Assembly (NCBI GenBank): GCA_028718865.1
Contig: JAQUKX010000005.1
Coordinates: 368 to 64,367 of the forward strand
DNA: 64,000 nucleotides
Source: Patescibacteria group bacterium
Lineage (GTDB): Bacteria; Patescibacteriota; Patescibacteriia; UBA1558; GWA2-36-10
Direction: 5' to 3'
The notes beneath the pieces are model-generated. The model was not told the DNA's origin. It saw only the letters and a list, made by a program, of their open reading frames with translations, and searched no databases. The position numbers and the translations under genes were made by a program. Positions 28,802 through 39,071 of this stretch are shown piece by piece. Numbering within the stretch: the stretch's first letter is position 1; each line of letters begins with the position of its first letter.

Positions 28802-30010
28802 TTAGGAAATGCCCTGAGCAATTTTAAACATCGGCAACATTATGGCTGCTACCATACCACCCACGCCCACTCCCATGATGATAAGAATCATCGGCTCTAT
28901 CAAAGACGTCAGGCCAGCCACCAAATTATCTATTTCTCGGCTATAAAAAGAGCTTAATTTTTCTAGCACTGCATCCAGCTTGCCGGTACGCTCGCCTATC
29001 ACCATCATCTGGGAAAGCATCTTGGGCATCAGCGGTGATTTGACAAACAAACTGGCAATGGAATTGCCGCCTTCCACCTCATCCACTGTGTCCAAAATCA
29101 ACTTTTCATAAGCGTGATTATCTACTACTTCAGCGCTGATGGTCAGAGCCGAAGCAATAGGCACGCCGCCTCTGATGAGAGTGGACAAGCTTCTGGTAAA
29201 ACGTACTATATATATTTTTTTGAACAAAGAGCCAAAAATCGGCATTTCTATTTTAAAAGCATCCCAAGTAATTTTACCGGCTTTAGAGCTTACTAAAAAG
29301 CGGAAAATCACGATAAAAGCCGCTAGTCCAAAAAGAATAAAATACCAATAATCAGCCATAAAGCCGGAAATATTTATCAACAGACGAGTCAAAAAAGGCA
29401 GCTCGGCGCCGGTTTCTTCCAGCATCTGAGTCATCTGAGGCACCACAAAAACCATCATCAAAAATCCCACTGCTATCATGCCAAAGATAATAAAAGCCGG
29501 ATAAATCATGGCGCTTTTTACCCGCGAAACCAGATCATAATCTTTTTCCATCTGGTCAGCCAAATACTGCAAAATCTCGTCCAATTTACCCGAGGTTTCG
29601 CCGGATTTCAACATGGCTACATAAAAATTGCTAAACACTTTTTTATGCTTAGCCATGGAATCGGACAAGCGCATACCGCCTTCCACGTCATCGGCCATTT
29701 CTACTATCTTGGCGACAAAAATAGGATTAGTAGTTTGCTGAGATAATATTCTCAGCGACTGCACTATCGGCACTGTAGCAGAAATCATCACCGACAGCTG
29801 GCGGGAAAAAATCACCAGATCTTTAGCCGTCACGCTGCCAATATTTATATTGAATCCCTGCCGGCTTTTTTTTCTGGTTTCAGTCAAAGACACTATGCGC
29901 AAACCCCGCTCAGCCAAAAGCTCCGCCGCCTCATTTTCGCCGACTGCTTCTACTACTCCGGAGCTTATCTTGCCCTCACTGGTTCTGGCTCTGTATTTGT
30001 ATATAGCCAT
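28802..30010 (-). CDS. pilC: type IV pilus platform protein (GspF family)
   Basis: 402 aa. MAIYKYRARTSEGK start and two GspF repeats. Confidence 0.9.
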   Translation of the reverse strand: MAIYKYRARTSEGKISSGVVEAVGENEAAELLAERGLRIVSLTETRKKSRQGFNINIGSVTAKDLVIFSRQLSVMISATVPIVQSLRILSQQTTNPIFVAKIVEMADDVEGGMRLSDSMAKHKKVFSNFYVAMLKSGETSGKLDEILQYLADQMEKDYDLVSRVKSAMIYPAFIIFGMIAVGFLMMVFVVPQMTQMLEETGAELPFLTRLLINISGFMADYWYFILFGLAAFIVIFRFLVSSKAGKITWDAFKIEMPIFGSLFKKIYIVRFTRSLSTLIRGGVPIASALTISAEVVDNHAYEKLILDTVDEVEGGNSIASLFVKSPLMPKMLSQMMVIGERTGKLDAVLEKLSSFYSREIDNLVAGLTSLIEPMILIIMGVGVGGMVAAIMLPMFKIAQGIS

Positions 30011-30022
30011 AGCGCAAATAAA

Positions 30023-31075
30023 TTATCTAAGAGAAGAAAAATCTGTTGATTCTTTTTTGGCTTCTTCCATGTTGACTTGGCCGCTTTTGACCAGCTCCAG
30101 CAGCGATTTATCCAAAACCTGCATGCCCTCGTCTCGGGAAGTCTGCATAATGCTCCTGAGCTGCTGAAAATTGCCGTCTCTGATACTGGCTTTTACCGCA
30201 TTGGTAGAAGTGAGCACTTCGCTGGCCACGATCTGTCCCCCGCCTATTTTTGGCAGCAACCTCTGTGATAAGACTCCCAACAAAACTTCCGGCAATACTT
30301 CCCGACCCCAAGTGCGTTTTTCTAGGCTCAAAAGACTCAAAAACCTCTCAATAGCTGAAATAGCTGAATTGGCGACTATCACCAAAATCAGCAACTTACC
30401 GCTTTCTACCAATTCCAGAGCTAAATCCGCCAAACCCGACTCATAAAACTGATCCAAAAAAGCCACATCTATGTCTTCATTGAACATGTCTTTGAGCCCC
30501 TGGCTGAAGCTCTCTACATCACGACCCACTTCTCTCTGTTCAATAATAGACTGATTATTGACAAACAAATATTCTATCGGCCTTTCCAAAGTCTGGATAT
30601 GGCGGCCTTTGTTTTGATTCAAAGTTTCTATCAAAGAAGCAGCTGTGGTGCTGCGCCCTGAGCCAAAAGGCCCGGAAATAATAATCAATCCTTTGTCTTT
30701 ATTGAGTAACTGCAAAATAGCCGTAGGAATTTTCAGTTCTTTTGGCGAAAGAATAAAAGCTGGAATAAGACGCAAAGAAATAGCTAAATAGCCTTTTTGA
30801 TAAAAAAACTTGACTCTGAATCTAGCCCGATTAGCCCAGACATAAGAAATAGATAATTCTTTTTTCTGACTAAGCTCAGCCAACTGCTCTCTGCTCAAAA
30901 AAGATTCGGCAATGGACTGGATAGTATCGGGATTGAGTATATCCTGATCCGTCAAAGTAATGATTTTGCCTTCAGCCCTGATAACCGGATTGTTGCCAGC
31001 TAAAAGATACAAGTCGCTGGCCTTGCTTTCCAAAAAAGTATTTAAAATATTGTTGATAAGTAGGGTCTCTGACAT
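30023..31075 (-). CDS. pilT: twitching-motility retraction ATPase
   Basis: 350 aa. Walker A GPFGSGRSTT and a PilT-type N-terminus. Confidence 0.88.
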   Translation of the reverse strand: MSETLLINNILNTFLESKASDLYLLAGNNPVIRAEGKIITLTDQDILNPDTIQSIAESFLSREQLAELSQKKELSISYVWANRARFRVKFFYQKGYLAISLRLIPAFILSPKELKIPTAILQLLNKDKGLIIISGPFGSGRSTTAASLIETLNQNKGRHIQTLERPIEYLFVNNQSIIEQREVGRDVESFSQGLKDMFNEDIDVAFLDQFYESGLADLALELVESGKLLILVIVANSAISAIERFLSLLSLEKRTWGREVLPEVLLGVLSQRLLPKIGGGQIVASEVLTSTNAVKASIRDGNFQQLRSIMQTSRDEGMQVLDKSLLELVKSGQVNMEEAKKESTDFSSLR

Positions 31076-31081
31076 TTTAGG

Positions 31082-31450
31082 CTATAAGATATCTTTTATT
31101 TTTTTGATTACCTCTGAAGGAACAAAATGAGCTTTGATAAGATAATCACTAGCTCCCAATTCCAAGCAACGGTCTATATGCTCTTTTTGCGAATAGTTGG
31201 TCAAAACTATCACTTTGACTTCTTTGGTTTCCTCATCTTGACGTAACTGCTTGAGCACCTCAAAACCGTCTATCTCCGGCAAATTGAGATCCAAAAGGAT
31301 CAAATCAGGTTTTTCTTTTTTGGCTACTTTGATGGCTTCTCGCCCATTGGTAGCCTCTACTACGCCAAAGCCCTCCAGTTCCAGCTTGGTAGTATACATT
31401 TGTAGTAAAAACTCATCGTCTTCCACAATAAGAATTTTTTTGTCTTCCAT
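31082..31450 (-). CDS. stand-alone CheY-like receiver (REC) domain protein (PilG/PilH-like)
   Basis: ILIVEDDEFL...D (phospho-acceptor in LILLDLNLP)...K. 122 aa with no output domain. Confidence 0.85.
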   Translation of the reverse strand: MEDKKILIVEDDEFLLQMYTTKLELEGFGVVEATNGREAIKVAKKEKPDLILLDLNLPEIDGFEVLKQLRQDEETKEVKVIVLTNYSQKEHIDRCLELGASDYLIKAHFVPSEVIKKIKDIL

Positions 31451-31451
31451 A

Positions 31452-33194
31452 TTATTCTTCTATTTTACTTACTCTTAAAACTTCCTCCAGGGTGGTCAGG
31501 CCCAGCAAAACTTTGATAATACCATCTTGCTCCATATCAATAAAATGCTGTTTCTCTAGCTCTTCATTGACAGCTGAGCGGGAAAATCCCTTGGCAACCA
31601 CCTCCTGCAAATTGGTACTGATGTTTATTGCTTCCACTATAGCTAATCGGCCTTTGTAGCCAGTATGCCCGCAATGTGAGCAGCCTTTGCCATGATAAAA
31701 TTTTAGATTTTTAGGATCAATATCGCCAAAAATCGCTTCCTGAGGTATAGTTGCCAATTTCTGCCTAACATCTTCCACTAGGTTGTCTGGTAATTTTACT
31801 TCTTCTTTACATTTTTCGCAATTTTTCCTGACTAGACGCTGAGCAACAATAGCATTGAGAGTAGAGGCAAGTAAAAATGGCTCTACATGCATATCAAATA
31901 ATCGCGGTATGGCGCCAATAGCGCTATTGGTATGCAAGGTAGTCAAAACCGAGTGGCCAGTCAAGCCAGCATGGATAGCTAGTTCAGCTGTTTCATTGTC
32001 ACGAATTTCTCCTACCATGATAATATCGGGATCCTGACGCAAAAGAGCTCGTAGTCCAGTAGCAAAAGTAAAATTTACTTCTGGCCTTATCTGTGACTGG
32101 TTGACTCCTGGGATATAATACTCTACCGGATCTTCCAAGGTAGCGATATTGACATCTTCTTTATTGAGATAGCTCAAAGCGGCAAACAAAGTGGTTGATT
32201 TTCCACTGCCAGTCGGACCAGTGAGTAAAAACAAGCCATTGGGTTTGTGGATATTTTTTTCCACGATTTTCAGCTGCAGCCCCATAAAGCCTAGATCGGA
32301 AAAAGTCGGTGCCCGCTCTGGCGTATCCAGTATACGCATCACTACTTTTTCCTGACCCAGCAAAGGTATGGTAGAAATACGAAAGTCGATTTCTTTGTTG
32401 TGCACCTTGATGCGAATACGGCCGTCCTGCGGTATCCTGGTTTCATCTATTTTCAAGTTGGCCATTACTTTTATTCTGGAAACCAAAGCTGCATGGACAT
32501 AAATAGGCAAAACTATGGTAGTATGAAGGACGCCGTCTATTCTGTATCTGACCTTGCTCTGTTTGCCTACCGGCTCAATATGAATATCAGAAGCCCGCCC
32601 CTCTATGGCATGGCGCAATACTACCGAAACTATCTTGGAAACCGGAGCGCTTTTTATCACTTCGCCCAAATCAGCCGAAGCCTCCAAAAAATCATCCTTG
32701 GGAGCAAAAATCGCTTCCGCTGTATCTAAGGCTTCACCCACTTCTTCACCCAAAGTTTCATATTGCTTGGCGGCCGAACGATAGCTATCTTCAGAAATTA
32801 TATAATACTTGAAAGTAAAATTCTTCTTGCGAGCCAAAAAATTCAGCGCTTCAATTGCCTTGAAATTGGTCGGATCTACCAAGCCCACTTCAATATTTTT
32901 GCCTTGGCGGTCAAAAACCACCATTTGATAGTTTTCCGACAAATTAAGCGGCAAAATATTCAAAATCGCCGAGTCAATCTTGCGGCCGACCAAGTTGACA
33001 TAATCCATTTCATAAAAAGCCGCCTTGACGCTGATCCAATCTTCCTCAGAAATCAAAGACAAACGGCGAACCGATTTTTCCAAATCCTCAAAAGAATCAA
33101 AATCACTGGCGGCCAATTCTTGATATTGGTCGTCGTTTATAAATTCTCGTTTTCGTAAAAGATATAAAAGCTTTTTGCTTTCTGGTCTAGTCAT
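31452..33194 (-). CDS. pilB: type IV pilus assembly ATPase (GspE family)
   Basis: Walker A GPTGSGKSTT, a GSPII_E N-domain and a C-terminal zinc motif CSHCGHTGYKGR. Confidence 0.9.
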   Translation of the reverse strand: MTRPESKKLLYLLRKREFINDDQYQELAASDFDSFEDLEKSVRRLSLISEEDWISVKAAFYEMDYVNLVGRKIDSAILNILPLNLSENYQMVVFDRQGKNIEVGLVDPTNFKAIEALNFLARKKNFTFKYYIISEDSYRSAAKQYETLGEEVGEALDTAEAIFAPKDDFLEASADLGEVIKSAPVSKIVSVVLRHAIEGRASDIHIEPVGKQSKVRYRIDGVLHTTIVLPIYVHAALVSRIKVMANLKIDETRIPQDGRIRIKVHNKEIDFRISTIPLLGQEKVVMRILDTPERAPTFSDLGFMGLQLKIVEKNIHKPNGLFLLTGPTGSGKSTTLFAALSYLNKEDVNIATLEDPVEYYIPGVNQSQIRPEVNFTFATGLRALLRQDPDIIMVGEIRDNETAELAIHAGLTGHSVLTTLHTNSAIGAIPRLFDMHVEPFLLASTLNAIVAQRLVRKNCEKCKEEVKLPDNLVEDVRQKLATIPQEAIFGDIDPKNLKFYHGKGCSHCGHTGYKGRLAIVEAINISTNLQEVVAKGFSRSAVNEELEKQHFIDMEQDGIIKVLLGLTTLEEVLRVSKIEE

Positions 33195-33201
33195 AAAAGG
33201 C

Positions 33202-33597
33202 TTAAAATCCGAAAAATCCGCCTTGCCTGATTAACTCTTCATCGGAAGTAGTAGCGGTAGAAACAAAAGGGTTAGGATTGCCGATATCTTCACTGATGTT
33301 TATCACTACTTCCAACTCTTCCAGCTGGCGATATTGTTCGTCGTTATAAAAATTTTCCCAAATTGACTCTGGTCCCAAGCTTTCCAATTTGAGAAAATCA
33401 CTGATATTATCCAAAGCAATAGCCTTTAATCTCATTACTCTGGCTAGCTCTACATTTTGTTGCACTTCTAAATCAAGAGAGGTTTCCTCTGGTTTGAAGC
33501 TGTCATAAAGCCAAAAAGCAGACACTATCAAAACCAAGCCAAAAATCGCCAAAAGTACCAGTAAAGTTTTTTTATCGTTTTCTTTTGTCTCAGGCAT
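33202..33597 (-). CDS. membrane-anchored hypothetical protein (possible PilP analogue)
   Basis: 131 aa with a single N-terminal TM helix. Lies between pilO-like and pilB. Confidence 0.4.
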   Translation of the reverse strand: MPETKENDKKTLLVLLAIFGLVLIVSAFWLYDSFKPEETSLDLEVQQNVELARVMRLKAIALDNISDFLKLESLGPESIWENFYNDEQYRQLEELEVVINISEDIGNPNPFVSTATTSDEELIRQGGFFGF

Positions 33598-33602
33598 TTT
33601 AA

Positions 33603-34274
33603 TTAACGATAATAAGTAATCAAATCCAAATTAAAGCTGGCTATTGAGCTGCCGCTGGTGAGCTCACCGAAAGAAATAGTCTGAATATCCATCAAACGCA
33701 AATTACTCTGTAAATCTTCTACATAATCCTTAAAATCCTGATAAATATCCGGTGACTCCTGCTCGGGCAATCCGGTTATATCCAAAGGCCGAGCTAAAGA
33801 TAAATGAACTACCAAAGATTTAAGCGGAGCATCTTGCCCAACCTCTGCTCTATCCGGCTCAGTACTAGCTGCTGACCCACGATCGCTAATATTGATAGAT
33901 GTAAGAGTAAACAAATGCCGAGCTGCCAAGCGATCAGCTATTACGAACAACTCAGCAATTTGCGGCTCCTCGGGCAATATTTTTTTGATTTTTTCCAAAT
34001 CCTGGGCTCGAGACGACCTTATGCTCAGATATTCTTCTTCCAATTCCCGAATTCTAGTCAGCAATTTTTCATTTTGGACCCTTCTTTCTTCTGTTTCTAT
34101 ATCCTGTTCCCTGACTTGAGAGATATCATCTAGCTTGGGATTGAGCAAAAAGAAATAAGACAAAGCAAAGACCCCGGCCAGCAAAACAAACAGAATCAAA
34201 ACAAAATAACGATTGGCCAGCAAAAGCAGTTCCGAGGGCTGTTCAAATTTTATTTCTTTTTTTCTGATGGGCAT
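33603..34274 (-). CDS. PilO-like protein
   Basis: N-terminal TM helix followed by a coiled coil. Position follows pilN. Confidence 0.5.
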   Translation of the reverse strand: MPIRKKEIKFEQPSELLLLANRYFVLILFVLLAGVFALSYFFLLNPKLDDISQVREQDIETEERRVQNEKLLTRIRELEEEYLSIRSSRAQDLEKIKKILPEEPQIAELFVIADRLAARHLFTLTSINISDRGSAASTEPDRAEVGQDAPLKSLVVHLSLARPLDITGLPEQESPDIYQDFKDYVEDLQSNLRLMDIQTISFGELTSGSSIASFNLDLITYYR

Positions 34275-34293
34275 AAAAATACTTGACTAAGGA

Positions 34294-35700
34294 TTATTGA
34301 GACCGCGGTCCATAGCCGTAATAAAATAAATTCTCATTGAGCACCAAAGTAACACTGAAAGCCACGCCGTTGGCTTGCAGTGAAGCTGCCGAAATGCTGG
34401 CCATAGAAACAAACTCTCTAGCCTCAGGCTGCTGCAGGAGCTTCAACAGCCGTGCCGGCGAATCATAATCACGACCAATAGCATTGAGAGTGAGCGCTCC
34501 CTTATTGCCAGCATTTATCCCCTGATAATAAACTTCTGTAGGAGTATATTTTTCCAGCATAGCAAAAAAATTGGTCCAATAGATATGCTTATTCAAAAGA
34601 TTGTGCACTGTTTTTATTTCCTGACCCAAAGCGCTGATTTCCTTATTGATAAGCTCATATTCCAAAATCTTTTTTTCCAAATCCGATATCTGACTACTGC
34701 GCCTTTCCTGCTGTTTGCGGATATTGTGCTCCTGGAAGGACAAATAAGCATAAAATGACCCAGCGACCAAGATTGATCCCAAAAAAGCCGCCAAAGCCAA
34801 AATTCCTATCTGGCGCCAGCTCTTGGTTCTGACTGACTTAGGTATCAAATCCAGGCCGCCACCGCCGTCAACAAATCTATCCGACTGCTTGTCTGTAGGA
34901 CGATGAAACCTATCAGTTGAAGCCTTGCTCTTATTGCCATTATCTTGAAGCGGCGGACTGACTATCTCTGGTATGGAAAAATCTCTTTTTTTTGTCTCCA
35001 GCTGATCAAAAGATGTCTTCAACGCCGGGATAAATGCTTCTGGCGCCGGCGCTCTTGCCAGCGGCTCTTTTATAGGCTCTTCTTCTAGGACTGGTTTCTG
35101 TGTTTCGACTTTTGGCGCCGGCGCCGAGTTTTTGGCGTCATCATGCAGGCTCTTAAGCAATATGGAGTCAGCACCGTTTTTCAAAGGCTGAGCTTGATAT
35201 TGGTTTTTTTCCTGCGGCTCTTTCCCTTTTTTGTCTTGCTTGGGACGGCCGGCAAATTTGCTCTTTAGCTTGACCCAAAAAGAAATTTTCTTTTGCGAGG
35301 GAACCGAGCTGTCTGGCAGAGAAAAATCAAAACCGGATTTTTTGACATAGTGGATCTTTCTTTCTTCTGGCCTGGCTTCTTTTTTGGGAATATGAACTGA
35401 AGAAAATTCTCGTTTTTGTTTCTTGGGTGATTGCAGGCGGTCAAAATCAATATCGCCTGTATCTTTTTCTGTTTTTTTGACTTGACCCGGCTTAGGCGCT
35501 TGAGGAATTTGAAAACGGGTCTTTTTAGAAAAAACATTTTTGAATTTCTGGCCAAACAAACCGGCTGACTTCAAAGGCCGAGACTGCTCTACTGAATCAG
35601 GCACTACTAAATCAATATGAAAATCGCGCGGCTGTTGACTCTTGTCTTCTTTAGCTCGCAAGTCTTCCGGTAATAAATTGATGTTTCTGTCGCTAGACAT
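34294..35700 (-). CDS. PilN-like protein with a long disordered cytoplasmic insertion
   Basis: N-terminal INLLPEDLR PilM-binding motif. A second DLIPKSVR copy sits immediately before the single TM helix. C-terminal PilN-like periplasmic domain. Confidence 0.55.
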   Translation of the reverse strand: MSSDRNINLLPEDLRAKEDKSQQPRDFHIDLVVPDSVEQSRPLKSAGLFGQKFKNVFSKKTRFQIPQAPKPGQVKKTEKDTGDIDFDRLQSPKKQKREFSSVHIPKKEARPEERKIHYVKKSGFDFSLPDSSVPSQKKISFWVKLKSKFAGRPKQDKKGKEPQEKNQYQAQPLKNGADSILLKSLHDDAKNSAPAPKVETQKPVLEEEPIKEPLARAPAPEAFIPALKTSFDQLETKKRDFSIPEIVSPPLQDNGNKSKASTDRFHRPTDKQSDRFVDGGGGLDLIPKSVRTKSWRQIGILALAAFLGSILVAGSFYAYLSFQEHNIRKQQERRSSQISDLEKKILEYELINKEISALGQEIKTVHNLLNKHIYWTNFFAMLEKYTPTEVYYQGINAGNKGALTLNAIGRDYDSPARLLKLLQQPEAREFVSMASISAASLQANGVAFSVTLVLNENLFYYGYGPRSQ

Positions 35701-35706
35701 AAAAAC

Positions 35707-36834
35707 TTAAAAAATATCTCTCATTGCCAGCCCCAGGCAAACTGACATGCGCGGCCCCATCTCGTCCAGTATCGGCTTGAGATCCAAAGGATAAATTATC
35801 CTGTCCCAAGGATCGCCGATAATTACCGAGATATTGAGCAGTTCTGACAAATACTGGGGAAAATTGGGCAAAAAAGAGCTGCCGCCGGTAAGAATTATTT
35901 TTTCTATACTGCCGGTATCCTGCTTGTGATAGCGGTCAAAGACATAGCGAATTTCATTGATAATGGCATCAAGCGATTTTTTTATAACATCAGGTATTTT
36001 CTGATCACCACCAGCTAAAGACAAGCCAAAATCACGCTTAAATTGCTCAGCCCTGTCTTTACTGACATTAAGGCTGTTCATAATAGTAGTAGTGATAGAC
36101 TCGCCTCCCATATCCAGCCCCTGGTTAATAATAGGCACACCTTCTTCAATAATACAGATATCCGTTGTAGTCGAGCCCACATCCACTATCATCACCGTTG
36201 ACCTGTCGTTGCCCAAAAGCGAACGAGCTAAGGCAAAAGACTCTGTTTCTAGACTAAGCAAATTGAGCTTGGCTCGCTTGAAGATATCAATATAGCGAGC
36301 TACTAGATTTTTGGGAGCGGCTGTGAGCAAAATACGGTAATTCTGCTCATCCTGTTTGACATTAGCCTTGCCGGCGCTATCTGACTGAATGTCTCCATTT
36401 TTTTTATCAGCTTCTTTTTTATCTTTTTTCAGTCCTTGACTTTTACGTTTAGCACCAATTATCTTCCAATCCAAAATAGTTTCCTCCAAAGGCACGGGGA
36501 TGAATTTTTTGGCCTCCCATTTGATAGCCGAAGCCAAATCCTTTTTGGGCATGGGAGGCAAGTTGATAATAAAATTAAAAACCGAAAAAGTCGGCAAAGC
36601 CGCTACTGCCGATCTGGTCTGAGTATTGGCTTTTTTGGTTATTTCATTAATATAACGGGCTATTTTTTCATTATTTTGTTCTATATCGCCACCCAAGACA
36701 TTGACTGCCGCATCGGCATAGCCGTAGGTCTTAAGACGAGCCTGATTTTTGAAGTTTTCAAGCTCAACAATCTTGATACTGGAGGTACCAATATCCACTC
36801 CCAAATAACTAGTAGAACTGGAAAATAATCCCAT
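35707..36834 (-). CDS. pilM: actin-like ATPase
   Basis: YLGVDIGTSSIKIVEL ... DVGSTTTDICII ... ILTGGSS are the actin/PilM motifs. Confidence 0.85.
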   Translation of the reverse strand: MGLFSSSTSYLGVDIGTSSIKIVELENFKNQARLKTYGYADAAVNVLGGDIEQNNEKIARYINEITKKANTQTRSAVAALPTFSVFNFIINLPPMPKKDLASAIKWEAKKFIPVPLEETILDWKIIGAKRKSQGLKKDKKEADKKNGDIQSDSAGKANVKQDEQNYRILLTAAPKNLVARYIDIFKRAKLNLLSLETESFALARSLLGNDRSTVMIVDVGSTTTDICIIEEGVPIINQGLDMGGESITTTIMNSLNVSKDRAEQFKRDFGLSLAGGDQKIPDVIKKSLDAIINEIRYVFDRYHKQDTGSIEKIILTGGSSFLPNFPQYLSELLNISVIIGDPWDRIIYPLDLKPILDEMGPRMSVCLGLAMRDIF

Positions 36835-36904
36835 ATTTATTATTTTGCTAAAAACTTAAATAACACTTGATATTATAACACATTTGACAATCTTAGCCAA
36901 AGAA

Positions 36905-39037
36905 CTACTGCAAGGTCTCACTGAACCTCGGTATCATGCGGCTGAAATCAACAAAACCAAAAGGCGGATTGGCTTGCAAGCGGCCGTCATTGATGAAAAG
37001 CTCTGACGGCTGAAGATTAGCCGGGTCATAAAAACCACGGCAAAGTTCAAAACGACGCGCTAAAACATTACCGTTCACTGTCAAAGAATTATTAGCACAC
37101 TGGCCGGGATTATTTGAATTACAGGAAACAAAACGACCGCAAGAAGCATCGTCGGCATCATAAGGATCAAGACTGCATTGAGGCAGTCCGCCCGAACAGG
37201 TTGTACTATCTTCTGCTCCTAGAATAATAAAAGTTCCGGCTATCGTGCTAACCTCAGGGTGCACATAGACATCGCCTCTGACTACCCAAACTATAGAGGG
37301 AATCATTTTTAAATTACTTACCGCGGTTGAAGGATCGTATATAATATTTGAAGTAATGGTTAAATCCCCTTCTACTACCACTACTACCGAAGCGTTTTGC
37401 GGTAAAATAATTCCCGTTTCCCCCAATTTGATAGAAAAACCACCAGTAGTCAGGTTGCCCTGAAAATGAATGGTTTTGCCATTTGTTACTTGATTAAACT
37501 GGTCGGAAAAAGTATTAGGGTTATTATGCCTGACCACTTGAGAGCCATATTTATTGTAAGCATTTCCGCCGGATTGATAAGCTGGTGTAATCAATCCCCG
37601 ATAATCAACTGTGCCCAAAACATTCTGATATTTTCCCGACTGACTTAAATAAGAAAAAAAATCAATGGCCGGACGGCTGGGCATCTCGCCTTGATAACGG
37701 CCTTCCAAAGTACTAGAGCTGATAAAATTTCTGATGGTGCCGCCTGACTCAATCAAAAATGAAGCATTAGCACGGTTATAAGGTGGGTAATAACGAGCAA
37801 AAATATCGCCTCGGGAATAAACACTGCCATCACTTACTTCTATAAAAGGCCTGGTAGTGGTTGATATTCTTGAAGAAAATTGGAGCCAACCTAAGCTATA
37901 GTCATCATCCTGCCATTGATTATAAGCCCAGCCACACATATAAGCCCTGTCTCTGAAGCTAATCTCTCTGTTGTCAGTATCATATATCTTATAATCCACC
38001 ATCACCCCGGGTCGGCTAAAATAACTATCGCAAGACTGGCAATGGTTGAGGTTGCCCTGATAGGCGCTCGTGCCGCAAATATTGTCGTAATTTTCTATAG
38101 TACATCCGATACAGTCATATCCACCTATCACGCCACGCATATCACCAGCTTGGTATTGCAAACAAATATTGTTTTCGCCTTCACAAGCAGTGACCGAACA
38201 ATCCGCTCCGGTCTGACTACAAACAGCTGTATCAGCATTATAATAATCATACTCCAGACAATTATCACAATTATAATTGATATTAACTGCCTGACAAATG
38301 CCAAAGGCCTCTTTTTCCGCTGGCGGACAAAGCAAGTTAACACAAGAATCAACATTACCGGGACAGAAACAATTAGCTCCTCCGGTTCGACAGGCATACT
38401 GATATTGCTCATAGCAATTGAAACAGCCGTTTATTTCCGCTGGCGGACTCGCCACCGCCTCTTCTATTGGAAAACGCAAACGCCAAGCCAGTAAATCCCC
38501 AAGCGATTCTAATCCTACAATACTGGCATATTGATCAGTAGATAAAGCGTTCAAATAAGTACTGGACAAAGCAATGCCATTTGCCGGCGCATTGGTACTT
38601 CCTGGATCAGAAAAACAAATCCAGCCCAAAGTGACTGTCTGACAAGGACCAGCTATTCCACAATTGGCATCAATAGTACAAGCTGCTCCGTTGCCTTGGC
38701 AAAAACCACCGATATTTAAAGGCGTGCCAGCCCAAGCACAGCCTTGGATATGATTAGTACCGCTAACATTGACGATATTCAATCCATAATCAATATCATC
38801 ACAAGTATTGTCCAATTGACCATCGCCGTCAAAATCGTTGAAGCAATTGAGACTTATCCAGCCCAAAATATCAGACCAGACCCAGTCGCCAATCGCTATA
38901 GGAGAGTCTTCTGGCACCGGATCAGCCTGAGTGAGAACCGGATTTTTGATGGACTGATGGACAAAAAACAAAAGCAGAAGAAAAATCGCCATTATACCCA
39001 AGCGGCTATAAAAATGAAAATGAAAGTCTGATTTCAT
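36905..39037 (-). CDS. large cysteine-rich secreted protein (candidate pilus-associated adhesin)
   Basis: Signal peptide ending LTQA. More than 45 Cys, many in CxxC/CxC spacing. C-terminal region has beta-rich repeats. Confidence 0.55.
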   Translation of the reverse strand: MKSDFHFHFYSRLGIMAIFLLLLFFVHQSIKNPVLTQADPVPEDSPIAIGDWVWSDILGWISLNCFNDFDGDGQLDNTCDDIDYGLNIVNVSGTNHIQGCAWAGTPLNIGGFCQGNGAACTIDANCGIAGPCQTVTLGWICFSDPGSTNAPANGIALSSTYLNALSTDQYASIVGLESLGDLLAWRLRFPIEEAVASPPAEINGCFNCYEQYQYACRTGGANCFCPGNVDSCVNLLCPPAEKEAFGICQAVNINYNCDNCLEYDYYNADTAVCSQTGADCSVTACEGENNICLQYQAGDMRGVIGGYDCIGCTIENYDNICGTSAYQGNLNHCQSCDSYFSRPGVMVDYKIYDTDNREISFRDRAYMCGWAYNQWQDDDYSLGWLQFSSRISTTTRPFIEVSDGSVYSRGDIFARYYPPYNRANASFLIESGGTIRNFISSSTLEGRYQGEMPSRPAIDFFSYLSQSGKYQNVLGTVDYRGLITPAYQSGGNAYNKYGSQVVRHNNPNTFSDQFNQVTNGKTIHFQGNLTTGGFSIKLGETGIILPQNASVVVVVEGDLTITSNIIYDPSTAVSNLKMIPSIVWVVRGDVYVHPEVSTIAGTFIILGAEDSTTCSGGLPQCSLDPYDADDASCGRFVSCNSNNPGQCANNSLTVNGNVLARRFELCRGFYDPANLQPSELFINDGRLQANPPFGFVDFSRMIPRFSETLQ

Positions 39038-39071
39038 CAGTCTATTTAAGAGCTATAAGCTTACTTTTAAA

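Noticed and set aside
37916-38494. 192-aa plus-strand ORF inside the Cys-rich secreted protein gene.
   Set aside because: It is antisense to a long, coherent minus-strand gene, has low-complexity I/T-rich composition and no start context.
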